Shown: positions 48,316-58,599 of the stretch, piece by piece
Position numbering within the stretch: the first letter of the stretch is position 1
Layout: each line of letters begins with the position of its first letter
Source of the DNA: an uncultured Anaerolineales bacterium
GTDB taxonomy: Bacteria; Chloroflexota; Anaerolineae; Anaerolineales; UBA11858
Direction: 5' to 3'
Assembly (NCBI GenBank): GCA_964406305.1
Contig: CAYORF010000004.1
Coordinates: forward strand, 2,237 to 66,236
Length of the DNA stretch: 64,000 nucleotides
Made by a program: the position numbers and the translations under genes
The notes under the pieces: model-generated
What the model was told of the DNA's origin: nothing
The model's input: only the letters and a program-made list of their open reading frames with translations
Database searches by the model: none

Positions 48316-49578
48316 ATGTTTAATTCTCTAACAGCTTCTATCACAGAACCGGATGTCCGTAAAAAGATCCAGAAGATCGCCCAGTTAGTGGACATTAGTG
48401 CCATTCTAAATTCCACTTTAAAGCCGGAACTGCTGCTTCAGAATATCCTGGAGTCTGCCGCTGATTTGCTGGATTGTTGTGTTATTTCCATCTTGCTATA
48501 TGATGAAAGAGAAAAAGAACTCAGGTTTGCGGCAACCTCCAGTGTGAATATTGACCAGTTGGAACAGATCCCCGTTCCTTTGGATAATAGCCTGGCCGGA
48601 ACAATCTATACTGAAAACCGGCACCTGGTAATTAACAATACCAAAGATGATCCTCGACATTATGATGAAGTGGGCGACGAGGTCGGTCTGCAAGTTGATT
48701 CCTTATTAGGCGTTCCGATGCGTATCAAGGACAGGGTGACTGGCGTGATCGAAGCGTTAAATAAAGAAGAAGGCGACTTTACGGATTTTGATGTGTCGCT
48801 GCTGCTGGTTGTGGCTTCTCAGGCCGCAATCTCCATGCACAACGCCCAATTGATCCAGGCGCTGCAAAAAGCTAATATTGAGTTGAGCCAGGCCGATAAA
48901 TTAAAACGGGACTTAATGGCTGTTGCTTCTCATGAATTGCGCACGCCACTGGGAAATATTTTGGGATATGCCACTCTTTTATATGAAGATGCCATTGAAG
49001 AGAACAAGCCACTGGCCAGCTCGATCCTGAAAGCTTCTTCAAAACTGCGAGCAGTATTGGATGATATCGCCAATATGAATCTGCTTTACACCGGTGAAGC
49101 AGATCTGGACTTTGCTGACAGCACACTGCAACAGGTCATTGAATATGCCAAGGAAGAGGTTAATGCGACTGTCAATAGAGAGGACAACACTGTGGTGTAT
49201 GAACTTCCGGATGAGCCGATCCCTCTCAAGATCGATCTGCCCAAGATGAGTGTGGTTTTTGTTAATTTAATACTTAATGCCATTCGCTTTACACCGGTTG
49301 ACGGGGAAATTATTCTCCGTGTTTCGGACCGCAATGATGAAGTAATGGTCTCAATCGTTGATACTGGTAGGGGGATTGCGAAGGAAAGTCTGGAAAAGAT
49401 CTTCGAAGTTTTTTACCAGGAAGATGACCATATGACTCGGCGATATGGTGGATTGGGTCTGGGTCTTTCAATTGCGCGGGAATTAGTAAACCTGCACGGG
49501 GGAAGGATCTGGGCTGAAAGTGAAGGGCTTGGTAAAGGGGCCACGTTACAGGTTGTGCTGCCTAAACCAACTGCTTAA
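48316..49578 (+). CDS. GAF-domain sensor histidine kinase
   Basis: GAF segment, SHELRTPL, NLILNA, DTGRGI, GGLGLGLSI. Confidence 0.9.
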   Translation: MFNSLTASITEPDVRKKIQKIAQLVDISAILNSTLKPELLLQNILESAADLLDCCVISILLYDEREKELRFAATSSVNIDQLEQIPVPLDNSLAGTIYTENRHLVINNTKDDPRHYDEVGDEVGLQVDSLLGVPMRIKDRVTGVIEALNKEEGDFTDFDVSLLLVVASQAAISMHNAQLIQALQKANIELSQADKLKRDLMAVASHELRTPLGNILGYATLLYEDAIEENKPLASSILKASSKLRAVLDDIANMNLLYTGEADLDFADSTLQQVIEYAKEEVNATVNREDNTVVYELPDEPIPLKIDLPKMSVVFVNLILNAIRFTPVDGEIILRVSDRNDEVMVSIVDTGRGIAKESLEKIFEVFYQEDDHMTRRYGGLGLGLSIARELVNLHGGRIWAESEGLGKGATLQVVLPKPTA

Positions 49579-49591
49579 TTTCTGATAAGTC

Positions 49592-50590
49592 TTAACCGCT
49601 TGATGCGGAGTCTCCCATAACTAAAGATTCACATAGTTCCAGGAAGCTATCAAATGCCGCCAGCCGAACGAGGTAATCCTTCCCGGCGAATCCCAATGTT
49701 GTTAACGCTTTTATCCAGGGTAGCTGTAAATCAGTCCGGTCTGGTAAGGTTGAGATGATCTTGGTCCAGGTCACAATCAGCGGCCATAAAGCGTCAGCTG
49801 CCTTAGAATTTTTAACGGTATCGACCAAGGCATTTTTAAAATAGATCTCCCGTTCCACGAGTAAGGGGGGAGAAGATGATTCCGCCTTCAGAATAGCAAC
49901 AGATTTTTCCCAAGCATCGATCCATCCTACCATTGTTTCTTCTGATAAAGTGATTCCTCCAAGTAAATGCTGAAAGGCTATGTTCAACCCCGGGGCGTCA
50001 ACAGCAGCGGCTCGATCAGCGAAGGATAATCCCAGGCGGCGGGTAGCTAGCGGAGGTCCGGATATTATAGCCACTGCGTTTATCGCTGCTTCTAGGGCGG
50101 ATAAAAAGGCAGGAATTTCAGCGATTATTTGCAGGGGTGGTGAGATCTGGCGATCCATCCAGAACTGGCGCGCAGTTTCAAGAAGGGGTTTACTTCTGCC
50201 TTGTATGTTTTCCGGAAAATCGAAGTTACTCCGAACACCGGCTTGCGTATAGTCTAATAAGTGGCGGGGGTCGTGGAGAGGGACGGCATCCCTTAAGGTC
50301 GGGCCTAACCAGGGATCCAGGCGCAGCTCTCGCGGTGTCCGGTAGATCAATTCATCGTGGTGCTCAATATCAAAATGTATCTCGGGGGTGATCCTGATGA
50401 TTTGATGTTCATTCAGTGGAGGGGCGTTGTGGATGAAAACTAGATCGATATCCCCTGCTCCGCCGATCAATGGAGATCCGTAAAGTAAGGAGCCACGCAA
50501 ATAGGCCGCCAGTATAGAACGGTTATTTTTGGTTTCTTTATCGACCAGAATCTGGGCGTGTTTACGAAGTATTTCAGGCGTGAAACGCAT
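49592..50590 (-). CDS. Hypothetical protein with a Pol-beta-type nucleotidyltransferase motif
   Basis: AAYLRGS...GDIDLVFI resembles the hG[GS]x9-13DhD motif. Confidence 0.6.
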   Translation of the reverse strand: MRFTPEILRKHAQILVDKETKNNRSILAAYLRGSLLYGSPLIGGAGDIDLVFIHNAPPLNEHQIIRITPEIHFDIEHHDELIYRTPRELRLDPWLGPTLRDAVPLHDPRHLLDYTQAGVRSNFDFPENIQGRSKPLLETARQFWMDRQISPPLQIIAEIPAFLSALEAAINAVAIISGPPLATRRLGLSFADRAAAVDAPGLNIAFQHLLGGITLSEETMVGWIDAWEKSVAILKAESSSPPLLVEREIYFKNALVDTVKNSKAADALWPLIVTWTKIISTLPDRTDLQLPWIKALTTLGFAGKDYLVRLAAFDSFLELCESLVMGDSASSG

Positions 50591-50613
50591 TCAACAGCTA
50601 TCCTTCCCTGGAC

Positions 50614-51249
50614 TCAGGCTTTATGAAAAAACTGAGTCTGGTATGGACCAACTTTGAGGGTTTGGCGGATCCGGTTTTCAACCCAGTCCAAATCGCCTTC
50701 GTTAGCGACATAATTGAGCTGGTTGGTATTGATCCTTAACACTGGCGCGCCGCTTTGTTCTCCGCTGTAAAATTCGTCGTAGGCATTATTTAGGCTTTCA
50801 ATATAACCCTGGTCCATATTCCTTTCATATACCCTGTCCCGGTGGGCTATCCGCTGCATCAAAATACTGGTTTCGGCTTGCAGATATACGATCAGATCGG
50901 GCAAAGTCAATTTTTCAGCTAGAGCGTTATGCACACTGAAGTACGTATCTAATTCGTCTCCATCCAGATTTAAGCGGGCGAAGAGAGCATCTTTTTCAAA
51001 GGTGTAGTCTGCGATCAGATTATTGTCCGACTTCAACGCCTTGGGAACTTCCTGCTGCTGATGGTATCGGCTCAGTAAGAAGAAGATCTGGGTTTGAAAG
51101 GCGTACGCGTCCCGATCGGAATAAAAATCAGCCAGGAAAGGATTCTCTTCGAATACCTCAAGCAGCAAATCAGCCTGGAAACGGGACGATAATAATCGAG
51201 ATAAAGTGGTTTTTCCAACACCAATCGCGCCTTCAATTGCTATATACAT
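50614..51249 (-). CDS. Deoxynucleoside kinase (dCK/dGK family)
   Basis: IEGAIGVGKTT, ENPFL..FY, QIFFLLSR, RIAHRDRVYE. Confidence 0.92.
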   Translation of the reverse strand: MYIAIEGAIGVGKTTLSRLLSSRFQADLLLEVFEENPFLADFYSDRDAYAFQTQIFFLLSRYHQQQEVPKALKSDNNLIADYTFEKDALFARLNLDGDELDTYFSVHNALAEKLTLPDLIVYLQAETSILMQRIAHRDRVYERNMDQGYIESLNNAYDEFYSGEQSGAPVLRINTNQLNYVANEGDLDWVENRIRQTLKVGPYQTQFFHKA

Positions 51250-51420
51250 ATGGCCGGTTAAATCCTTTGATCACACCTGAAATTTTGGGGAAGTTGCATA
51301 TCGAAAAATCTGATATTAGCAGCCAAATCATGTAAACGCAACCACTTATTGACAAAGGCTTAATATTAACGCTACACTGCATAATAAGACCTATCAATTA
51401 TATCGTATAAGGAGGGAAAT

Positions 51421-51765
51421 ATGGTGGGCCTGAACCGTGTTCAGCTAATTGGTCATCTAGGAAGGGATCCCGAACTGAAAGACACTCCCAATGGAAAAAA
51501 AGTCTGTACTTTCAGTGTGGCAGTCAACCGCCGCAAAAGGGATAAGGAAGGAGAATCACAACAGGTAGCCGATTGGTTTAATATCGAAACCTGGGAAAGA
51601 CTGGCAGAGATTTGCAGTGAGTATCTCCATAAAGGGAGTCTGGTTTTTCTGGAGGGACGACTTCAAATTGACTCATATGAGGAAAACGGCAGTACCCGGT
51701 ATTTCACAAAGGTAGTCACATCCCAGATGCAAATGCTGGAACCTAAAAACGCTGGGCCAAACTAA
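51421..51765 (+). CDS. ssb: Single-stranded DNA-binding protein, short form without acidic tail
   Basis: LNRVQLIGHLGRDPE, FSVAVNR, LEGRLQ; ends LEPKNAGPN. Confidence 0.92.
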   Translation: MVGLNRVQLIGHLGRDPELKDTPNGKKVCTFSVAVNRRKRDKEGESQQVADWFNIETWERLAEICSEYLHKGSLVFLEGRLQIDSYEENGSTRYFTKVVTSQMQMLEPKNAGPN

Positions 51766-51798
51766 TTTCATAAATCCATATAAAATTAGAAGAACAAT

Positions 51799-51832
51799 AC
51801 ACCCGGGGCAAGGCCTGCCCGGGTGTTTTTTC
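51799..51832 (+). terminator. Intrinsic terminator after ssb
   Basis: ACACCCGGG...CCCGGGTGT followed by TTTTT. Confidence 0.8.
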
Positions 51833-51936
51833 TGAAAGGCCATGAATGAGCGGATTTTCAGAGTGAGCGGTTATAATTTCCTTATCTACCAGGTCTATGC
51901 AATATCAAGTAAGAATTTAAAAAAGGAAACTGACCT

Positions 51937-54900
51937 ATGATTTCCCCCCAGAAGAAAAAAACCATCCTTATCATTGCGGGAATGATCCTTTTGATGGGGT
52001 TGATCAGTTTGTCCTGCAATCTCCCTGCGGGTTTAGAAGAAAAGTTTTTCGGCTCAGGGAGGACAACAGAGCCCACGCCAATACCGACTAATACACCGCA
52101 ACCTTTGCCGCCAACGATCGTTGAATCAGATCCTCCTATGGGGTCAACCATTCCTCTCCAGGGAGATATCATTCTTTATTTTAATCAACCCATGGACCAG
52201 GATTCTGTCGTTAGTGCCTTGTCATATGATCCTAGAATAGAAACCACGTATTCTTGGCTTGATCCAGCGACCTTGAATATCCAGCTAGATCAGAAACTGG
52301 AACCCAATACAAAACTGGTACTTAATCTCGATACTACTGCCAAGGCAGTCAATGAATTGACCCTGCCTATGATTGCCAATCTGGATTATTACACACCTGA
52401 CTGGCTCAAATCAGTCACGCTTCTGCCATCTCCAGGTGGGATAGAGATCGACCCTGAATCTGCCATTGTGGTCGCTTTTAACCAGCCAGTTGTACCACTG
52501 GGAGATTTCCAACGCGATGAACCCACAGCCCTGACCCTCAGTCCATCTGTGCCCGGGATAGGAAATTGGATCAATACCAGCACCTATCAATTTTCTCCCG
52601 ATCCGGGCCTTGCTGGAGGCACAACCTATCAGATATCACTTTCGAGAGATTTAGCCAGCCTGGCTGGTGCGGCACTAGATCCAGAAAGCACTCAAACCTG
52701 GTCGTTTTCCACTGCTTATCCACAAATGTTATCCTGGGAACCCTTCCACGGAGAAAATGGAGTCCCGCTGGATGCGGAGATCCAAATGGGATTTAATCAG
52801 GCAATGGATCCTGATAGCGTTGTTGATAATTTCTCTCTGATTGACGGCGACGGCCATCAGATAACAGGGGAGATGGAATGGGATGAGGAGATGCGAGATT
52901 TTGTATTTATCCCCGACCAGATTTTTTCACGAGCTACTTCATATGCCGGTATCCTCCCGGGAGAAGTGCTATCTGCAGGGGGCACCCCACTGCAGTTGGA
53001 TACAACTTTTGATTTCCAGACCACCGGTGAATTCCAGTATCTAGGAACCCCCGGGGGGCAGAACTACACAACCTCGATTTATGAAGGGGTAACTTTATAT
53101 TTCAACAACACGGTGGATTTTGACACCGTAGACGATAACATCAAGATCATTCCTGAAGTTACTAATTTAAGGCCTTCAAACGGGGAATCAGGGAATGTGC
53201 TAAACTTGTATGGGGACTTCGAACCGCTCACTAACTACAGACTAATCGTTAGGGAATCCCTGGCGGATGAATGGGGCAGTATATTGGGCAATGTCCGGGC
53301 GGTCAACTTTAATACCGAGCCGCTGCCGCCTAACTTGACAATTACCCAGGGCAACAACATCCTTTTCCTAACAGGAACAGAAAATGCGATCCCGGCCCAG
53401 GGCACAAATCTACACCAGGTGTCTGTCAACGTGGGCACTCTGCCATTAGATATACTCCCAGACTTGTTCGGCTATGGTCTTTATGACACCCTGGAAGATT
53501 ATTACCCGACCGATGCTCAGCTTTGGATCCACCAAGTCAGAGTAGCCGGGGATGATAAATATACGGTCAACCTTCCGTTAAACCAATCAGGGAATGCCCT
53601 GGCACCAGGTTTATACCGTTATCAGGTCTATTCTCAGGACTTGCCTTATAACCCGTCTCCTTATTTGCTCGCGGTTAGCAACATTCACTTAACAATGAAA
53701 ACCAGCCCGGAAAATCTCTTGATCTGGGCAGTTGATCTGCGGTCTGGAGAAGTTGTGCCAGATGCCGAAGTTAAGGTCTACAATTCCGGTGGAGAAGTCT
53801 TTTTCTCAGGAAAAACTGATCAGGATGGTGTCTTCCAGGCAGATTTCTTACATGCCTTTGATCTTTATAATAATGTTTTTTATGCCATCACGGGTGAAGC
53901 CGGCCAGGATGATTTTGGCATCACGGCCAGTAATTGGGGTTTTGGATCAGAACCCTATGAATTTGGGTTGAGATCTGATTATGGTGCGCCAAAACCACAG
54001 ACCTATATTTATACAGATCGACCTATTTACCAGCCAGGTCAGACTGTGTATTATCGGTTGATCCATCGCAATCGTGATGGCGCTGGGTATGTTCTACCAG
54101 AAGAGCAATCCATTCCCTTGACGATCCACCTGCATGGTAAAGAGGAAAATACTATCAATCTGCCTTTATCTGAATATGGTACTGCCCAGGGAGAGATCCA
54201 GCTTTCATCACAAGCGGAACCGGGATACTATCGGTTAGAGACGGAAACAGGAATGGTGTATTTCCAGGTTGCGAATTATAGGAAACCAGAGATCGAACTG
54301 GAACTTAATATGGACCAGGAAGAAACCCTGGTGGGTGAAGAATTCCAGGCAGAATTGGACGCGCGATATTATTTTGACGCACCGGCCAGTGATGTCCGGT
54401 TGGGCTGGACTTTGAGAGCGGAGCCAACTAGCTTTAGAATTCCTGGCTACCAGGTTGGAGTGTTAGGAAGCAACTGGTTTGTTTATCCAGGCACGTATTA
54501 TTCTTCTATCTGGGGAACCCGGATAGATTCTGGAGAAGATCAGACCAACGCCAATGGTGAATGGACTATTCAGCAAATTCTGACCAATATCGATATCTAT
54601 GATCGAGAAGTCACACTGCCGGCAAATTATTCCCTTGAAGTAACTGCCCAGGACGAAACCGGATTCCAGGTTACTAACAGATCGGAGATACTGGTTCACC
54701 CCAGCGATTTTTATATCGGAATCAAACCCTCTGCCTGGGTAACCGTTACAGAACAGGCGGTGGATTTTGAGATTCTGGCTGTGGATTGGGAGAAAGAACC
54801 AGATGGGATCAAAGCGCTGTCAGCTGAATTTTATAAAGTTGTCTGGCAGTATGAAATTGGTGAGATCGGGGAAATAGACTATGTCCGCGAAAAAGAATTG

Positions 54901-57801
54901 GTTGCTGAACAAAGTTTCAGCACAAACCAGGGCGGGGAGGCCGAATTAACTTTTTCCCCACCGGAACCAGGCACTTATCAACTGGACATTTTTGGTGACG
55001 GAGCTCGGACAGAAGCGACACTTTGGGTTGGAGGTGCAGGCGTAACTGTCTGGCCGACTCAGACCAATCAGAAGATAACCCTGATAGCCGACCAGGACAT
55101 CTACCAACCAGGTGACGAAGCGACAATCTTCATCCCTAATCCCTTCCCAGATGGCGCCCAGGCGCTGGTGACTGTCGAACGCCATAAAGTGATCTCATAT
55201 GAAACCTTTTCGATCACTTCTTCTGGTCAGGAAGTTACAATCCCCCTGAGTGATGCAGATGCGCCAAATGTTTACCTTGCGGTTACATTGATTGGCCAGA
55301 ACTCTGATGGACAAAGTAGCTTCCGGCAGGGCTATATCAACCTGCTGGTGGACCCAGTTAATCAGATGCTCCAGGTAGAAGTGGTTGGTGAACCAGAGCG
55401 GCTTGGCCCAGGAGAGGAAGTTCAGTTTACTCTTCGGGTTACAGATCCGGAAGGGGAACCAATGGAAGGGGAATTCTCTTTGGCAGTGGTTGATAAAGCT
55501 GTCCTAGCACTAACAGAACCCAATTCCCCCCAGATCGGCGAGGCTTTTTATGGCATTCAACCCATCGCGGTCCGAATGGGCCTCCCTTTGGGAATGCATG
55601 CAGGTAGATTGGTTTGGGTACCTGGAGGTATGGGGGGTGGCGATGGCGGCGCTGAGTATTCTGTTCGGGATCAGTTTGAAGATACAGGATACTGGCAGGC
55701 GAATATAGTTACCGATGAAGATGGTCTGGCACAGGTAGCATTTAACTTGCCGGACAATCTTACAACCTGGCAGGCTGACGCTCGGGGTATTACAAAACAA
55801 ACACAGGTTGGGGAAGCTACAACAGAAGTTGTAACAACGAAAGATCTATTGATTCGCCCTGTGACCCCGCGCTTCCTGGTGGCAGGAGATCACCTGGCTT
55901 TGGCCGCAGTAATTCACAATAACACGACAATAGAACTAACGACTGATGTGTCCCTCCAGGGAGCAGGCATACAATTGGATAACCTGGATTTTTCAACCCA
56001 GACAGTGGAAATTCCCGCTGAAGGAAGGGTTCGAGTTGAATGGTGGGGTACCGTGGAAAATGTAGATGAAGTTGATTTGGTATTTGTTGCTGATGCAGGA
56101 GACTACCAGGATGCAGTGAAACCCTACCAGGGACCGCTGCCTGTTCTGCGTTATATCACTCCCTACAGCTATGCCACATCTGGTGTAATGGATCAGGCTG
56201 GTCAGAAACTGGAGATAGTCTCTCTGCCTAGAAGTTATGATCCAACTGATGGATATCTTGATATTGAGATGTCACCATCTTTGGCTGCAGCTGTCCTCAA
56301 AGCGCTGGACGCGCTGGAAGAGGATCAGCACTACTCTACAATAGCACAAATGTTCCACTTCTTACCCAATGCCATTACTTACCAGGCTTTGCAGGAATTG
56401 GGAGTGGATTACCCGCATTTGGATAGCCGTTTGGAAATATTGATCCCTGAGACCCTTGATGTATTGGATGCAGCACAAAACGATGATGGGGGTTGGGGCT
56501 GGTGGAAGGGCGGAGCAAGTGACCCCGAGATCAGTTCCTATATTCTTTTTGGTTTGATCAAATCCCAGGAAGCAGGTGTGTTTGTAGAAGACCTGATGAT
56601 TCAACAAGCTCGAGGTTACCTGCTGGCAACCTTGCCAGCCTTGGATATGTTATCTGAACCGTGGCAATATAACCTGCTCGCACTGAGATATTTTTCATTG
56701 ACTGAAGCTGGGACAGATGTCAGTTCAGGGATGCAAGCCCTGGTTTCACTAAGCAGCCAACTTGATCCTGGCAGTCAGGCGCTGTTGGCGATGGCCCTGG
56801 AGAAATGGCAGCCTGGAAACGATTCAACCCGATCCTTGTTATCTAATCTGGCCGGAACCGGGATACGGACAGCCACCGGAATCCATTGGGAAAATGGCGA
56901 GAACCGCTTGTCCTGGATGAACAACACAACAACTACAACAGCAATAGTTACCTATGCCATGGCACGAGTGGAAGAGTCGCCTGAGATACTTCCGAAAGCA
57001 GTCCGCTACCTGGTATCAACGCAGACTCAGGAGGGTGATTGGTGGTCAACTTATGAAACAGGTTGGTCTGTTCTGGCACTGAATGAGGTTCTGAGAAAAA
57101 GCGGCGAATTGGTCAGTGAATATGAATTTTCAAGTACGGTAAATGGTAGAGAGATGATCAGTGGACAGGCAGAAGGATCAAGTCAATTGGAAGCTGCTTT
57201 TGCTTCAATACCAGTAGAGGATCTGTATTCCGAAGAACCCAACGCCCTGGTAATCAATCGCTCTGAAGGCAGTGGGATCTTGTATTACAGGTCCCATTTA
57301 CAGGTTTTCCGACCAGCAGAGGACGTGCAGCCATATGGGCACGGCCTGAGCATTTCCAGGGTTTATGCTGATCTGTTTGGTCCGGAAGGAGTTAATTTTA
57401 CACAGAAGGGTGAAGTCGGTCAACTTATCCAGGTTCAGCTGACGTTGGTTTTGGAAAATGATTCCTATTACTTGATGGTTGAAGATCAGATTCCGGCCGG
57501 GGCCGAGATTCTGGATACCAGGCTAAATACCTCCCGCCAGGATCTGGAGGAGTATCAGGCAGCTGAGCCGTTCAAAAACGGTTGGGGTTGGTGGTATTTT
57601 AATAGGCCTCTTGTGTTAGATGATCGTGTTACCTGGGCGGCAAATTTCTTACCGGCTGGTACATATCAATTAACCTACACAATTTCTTTAGCACATCCTG
57701 GTGAATACCAAGTATTGCCGGCCCGGGCCTGGCAGGTTTACTTCCCTGAAGTCCATGCTATCAGCGCGGGAGAGAAATTCGTAGTGAAAGCTGGTCAATA
57801 A
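51937..57801 (+). CDS. Alpha-2-macroglobulin-family lipoprotein with N-terminal Ig-like (Big_5) repeats
   Basis: Lipobox LSLSC-like (ISLSC); repeated FNQPM/FNQAM Ig units; YTDRPIYQPG, YRKPE, LPDNLTTW, QNDDGGWGWW, VEDQIPAGAE, AWQVYFPE. Confidence 0.9.
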   Translation: MISPQKKKTILIIAGMILLMGLISLSCNLPAGLEEKFFGSGRTTEPTPIPTNTPQPLPPTIVESDPPMGSTIPLQGDIILYFNQPMDQDSVVSALSYDPRIETTYSWLDPATLNIQLDQKLEPNTKLVLNLDTTAKAVNELTLPMIANLDYYTPDWLKSVTLLPSPGGIEIDPESAIVVAFNQPVVPLGDFQRDEPTALTLSPSVPGIGNWINTSTYQFSPDPGLAGGTTYQISLSRDLASLAGAALDPESTQTWSFSTAYPQMLSWEPFHGENGVPLDAEIQMGFNQAMDPDSVVDNFSLIDGDGHQITGEMEWDEEMRDFVFIPDQIFSRATSYAGILPGEVLSAGGTPLQLDTTFDFQTTGEFQYLGTPGGQNYTTSIYEGVTLYFNNTVDFDTVDDNIKIIPEVTNLRPSNGESGNVLNLYGDFEPLTNYRLIVRESLADEWGSILGNVRAVNFNTEPLPPNLTITQGNNILFLTGTENAIPAQGTNLHQVSVNVGTLPLDILPDLFGYGLYDTLEDYYPTDAQLWIHQVRVAGDDKYTVNLPLNQSGNALAPGLYRYQVYSQDLPYNPSPYLLAVSNIHLTMKTSPENLLIWAVDLRSGEVVPDAEVKVYNSGGEVFFSGKTDQDGVFQADFLHAFDLYNNVFYAITGEAGQDDFGITASNWGFGSEPYEFGLRSDYGAPKPQTYIYTDRPIYQPGQTVYYRLIHRNRDGAGYVLPEEQSIPLTIHLHGKEENTINLPLSEYGTAQGEIQLSSQAEPGYYRLETETGMVYFQVANYRKPEIELELNMDQEETLVGEEFQAELDARYYFDAPASDVRLGWTLRAEPTSFRIPGYQVGVLGSNWFVYPGTYYSSIWGTRIDSGEDQTNANGEWTIQQILTNIDIYDREVTLPANYSLEVTAQDETGFQVTNRSEILVHPSDFYIGIKPSAWVTVTEQAVDFEILAVDWEKEPDGIKALSAEFYKVVWQYEIGEIGEIDYVREKELVAEQSFSTNQGGEAELTFSPPEPGTYQLDIFGDGARTEATLWVGGAGVTVWPTQTNQKITLIADQDIYQPGDEATIFIPNPFPDGAQALVTVERHKVISYETFSITSSGQEVTIPLSDADAPNVYLAVTLIGQNSDGQSSFRQGYINLLVDPVNQMLQVEVVGEPERLGPGEEVQFTLRVTDPEGEPMEGEFSLAVVDKAVLALTEPNSPQIGEAFYGIQPIAVRMGLPLGMHAGRLVWVPGGMGGGDGGAEYSVRDQFEDTGYWQANIVTDEDGLAQVAFNLPDNLTTWQADARGITKQTQVGEATTEVVTTKDLLIRPVTPRFLVAGDHLALAAVIHNNTTIELTTDVSLQGAGIQLDNLDFSTQTVEIPAEGRVRVEWWGTVENVDEVDLVFVADAGDYQDAVKPYQGPLPVLRYITPYSYATSGVMDQAGQKLEIVSLPRSYDPTDGYLDIEMSPSLAAAVLKALDALEEDQHYSTIAQMFHFLPNAITYQALQELGVDYPHLDSRLEILIPETLDVLDAAQNDDGGWGWWKGGASDPEISSYILFGLIKSQEAGVFVEDLMIQQARGYLLATLPALDMLSEPWQYNLLALRYFSLTEAGTDVSSGMQALVSLSSQLDPGSQALLAMALEKWQPGNDSTRSLLSNLAGTGIRTATGIHWENGENRLSWMNNTTTTTAIVTYAMARVEESPEILPKAVRYLVSTQTQEGDWWSTYETGWSVLALNEVLRKSGELVSEYEFSSTVNGREMISGQAEGSSQLEAAFASIPVEDLYSEEPNALVINRSEGSGILYYRSHLQVFRPAEDVQPYGHGLSISRVYADLFGPEGVNFTQKGEVGQLIQVQLTLVLENDSYYLMVEDQIPAGAEILDTRLNTSRQDLEEYQAAEPFKNGWGWWYFNRPLVLDDRVTWAANFLPAGTYQLTYTISLAHPGEYQVLPARAWQVYFPEVHAISAGEKFVVKAGQ

Positions 57802-57854
57802 TGATGTAACTTTTATTCGGTGGGATACTTTTATATTACAGAAATCCCCGAACA

Positions 57855-58058
57855 TTAAAAGCCGAATTGAAACCAGTTGGTATTAAAGATCACCTGGCAG
57901 GTGAGGGCGACAAAGACGATCAATAGGATAAACCCGCAGCCGCAACCGGTGCAGGATGCACCCTTTCCAAAACCAAATGTATCTTGAAGCCAATCGAATA
58001 AAACGTCCAGCATCAAAAGTTTAAATAAACCAGTAAGACAGCCTTGCTGCTTGTTCAC
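57855..58058 (-). CDS. Small Cys/Gly-rich membrane protein (67 aa)
   Basis: AAGGAG RBS; FGFGKGASCTGCGCG followed by a TM segment. Confidence 0.65.
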   Translation of the reverse strand: MNKQQGCLTGLFKLLMLDVLFDWLQDTFGFGKGASCTGCGCGFILLIVFVALTCQVIFNTNWFQFGF

Positions 58059-58163
58059 AATGTACTCCTTTTGTGTTCTTCATTGGTATATACGATACCT
58101 GGGAGCATAAGTTGCAGAGGGCATTAGAGGTTATTGTAACAATAATGATCTCAGGACAAGGCT

Positions 58164-58563
58164 ATGGAAATGGATCAACCTGCTCGAAGTTTTGCTCCAA
58201 TGATAACCCTTTATCTGGTCTTGTCTTTTTTCTCGATCCCGCATTTGATCGATGATTTTCTCTTTGATATCCTGGCAGAATTTGGTATCTCTGTGCATTT
58301 GACCCAATTCCTGGCTGGGTTTTATCCTCATCTACCTCGGGATTTTGATTCCGCTGGCTCGGGGCAAAAGAGGAGGAGTGATCGGAGCGATGGGCATGGG
58401 AATCTTCTTGGCCCTGGCTGGGATCCTGAAACATATCCCGCTGATCATCAAACCAGGACCTTACTGGAGCGGCTGGTTCTCGGAAGTTTTGATCTTTGGG
58501 ATGATCCTGTTCGGGATTGGATTAGCGGTAGCTGGATTCTCGGCATTGAAAAAAAGTAAATAG
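58164..58563 (+). pseudogene. Small membrane protein split by a frameshift (or sequencing error)
   Basis: Removing one T from TTTT (58320-58323) joins ...QFLAGF to ILIYLGILIPLARGKRGG...LKKSK into one hydrophobic ORF. Confidence 0.6.
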
Positions 58564-58599
58564 AAAATCAAAATCCATTAAATAAACAGAGGTATTGGT

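Noticed and set aside
52716-52724. Perfect DnaA box TTATCCACA
   Set aside because: A single copy inside the A2M coding sequence; expected by chance.
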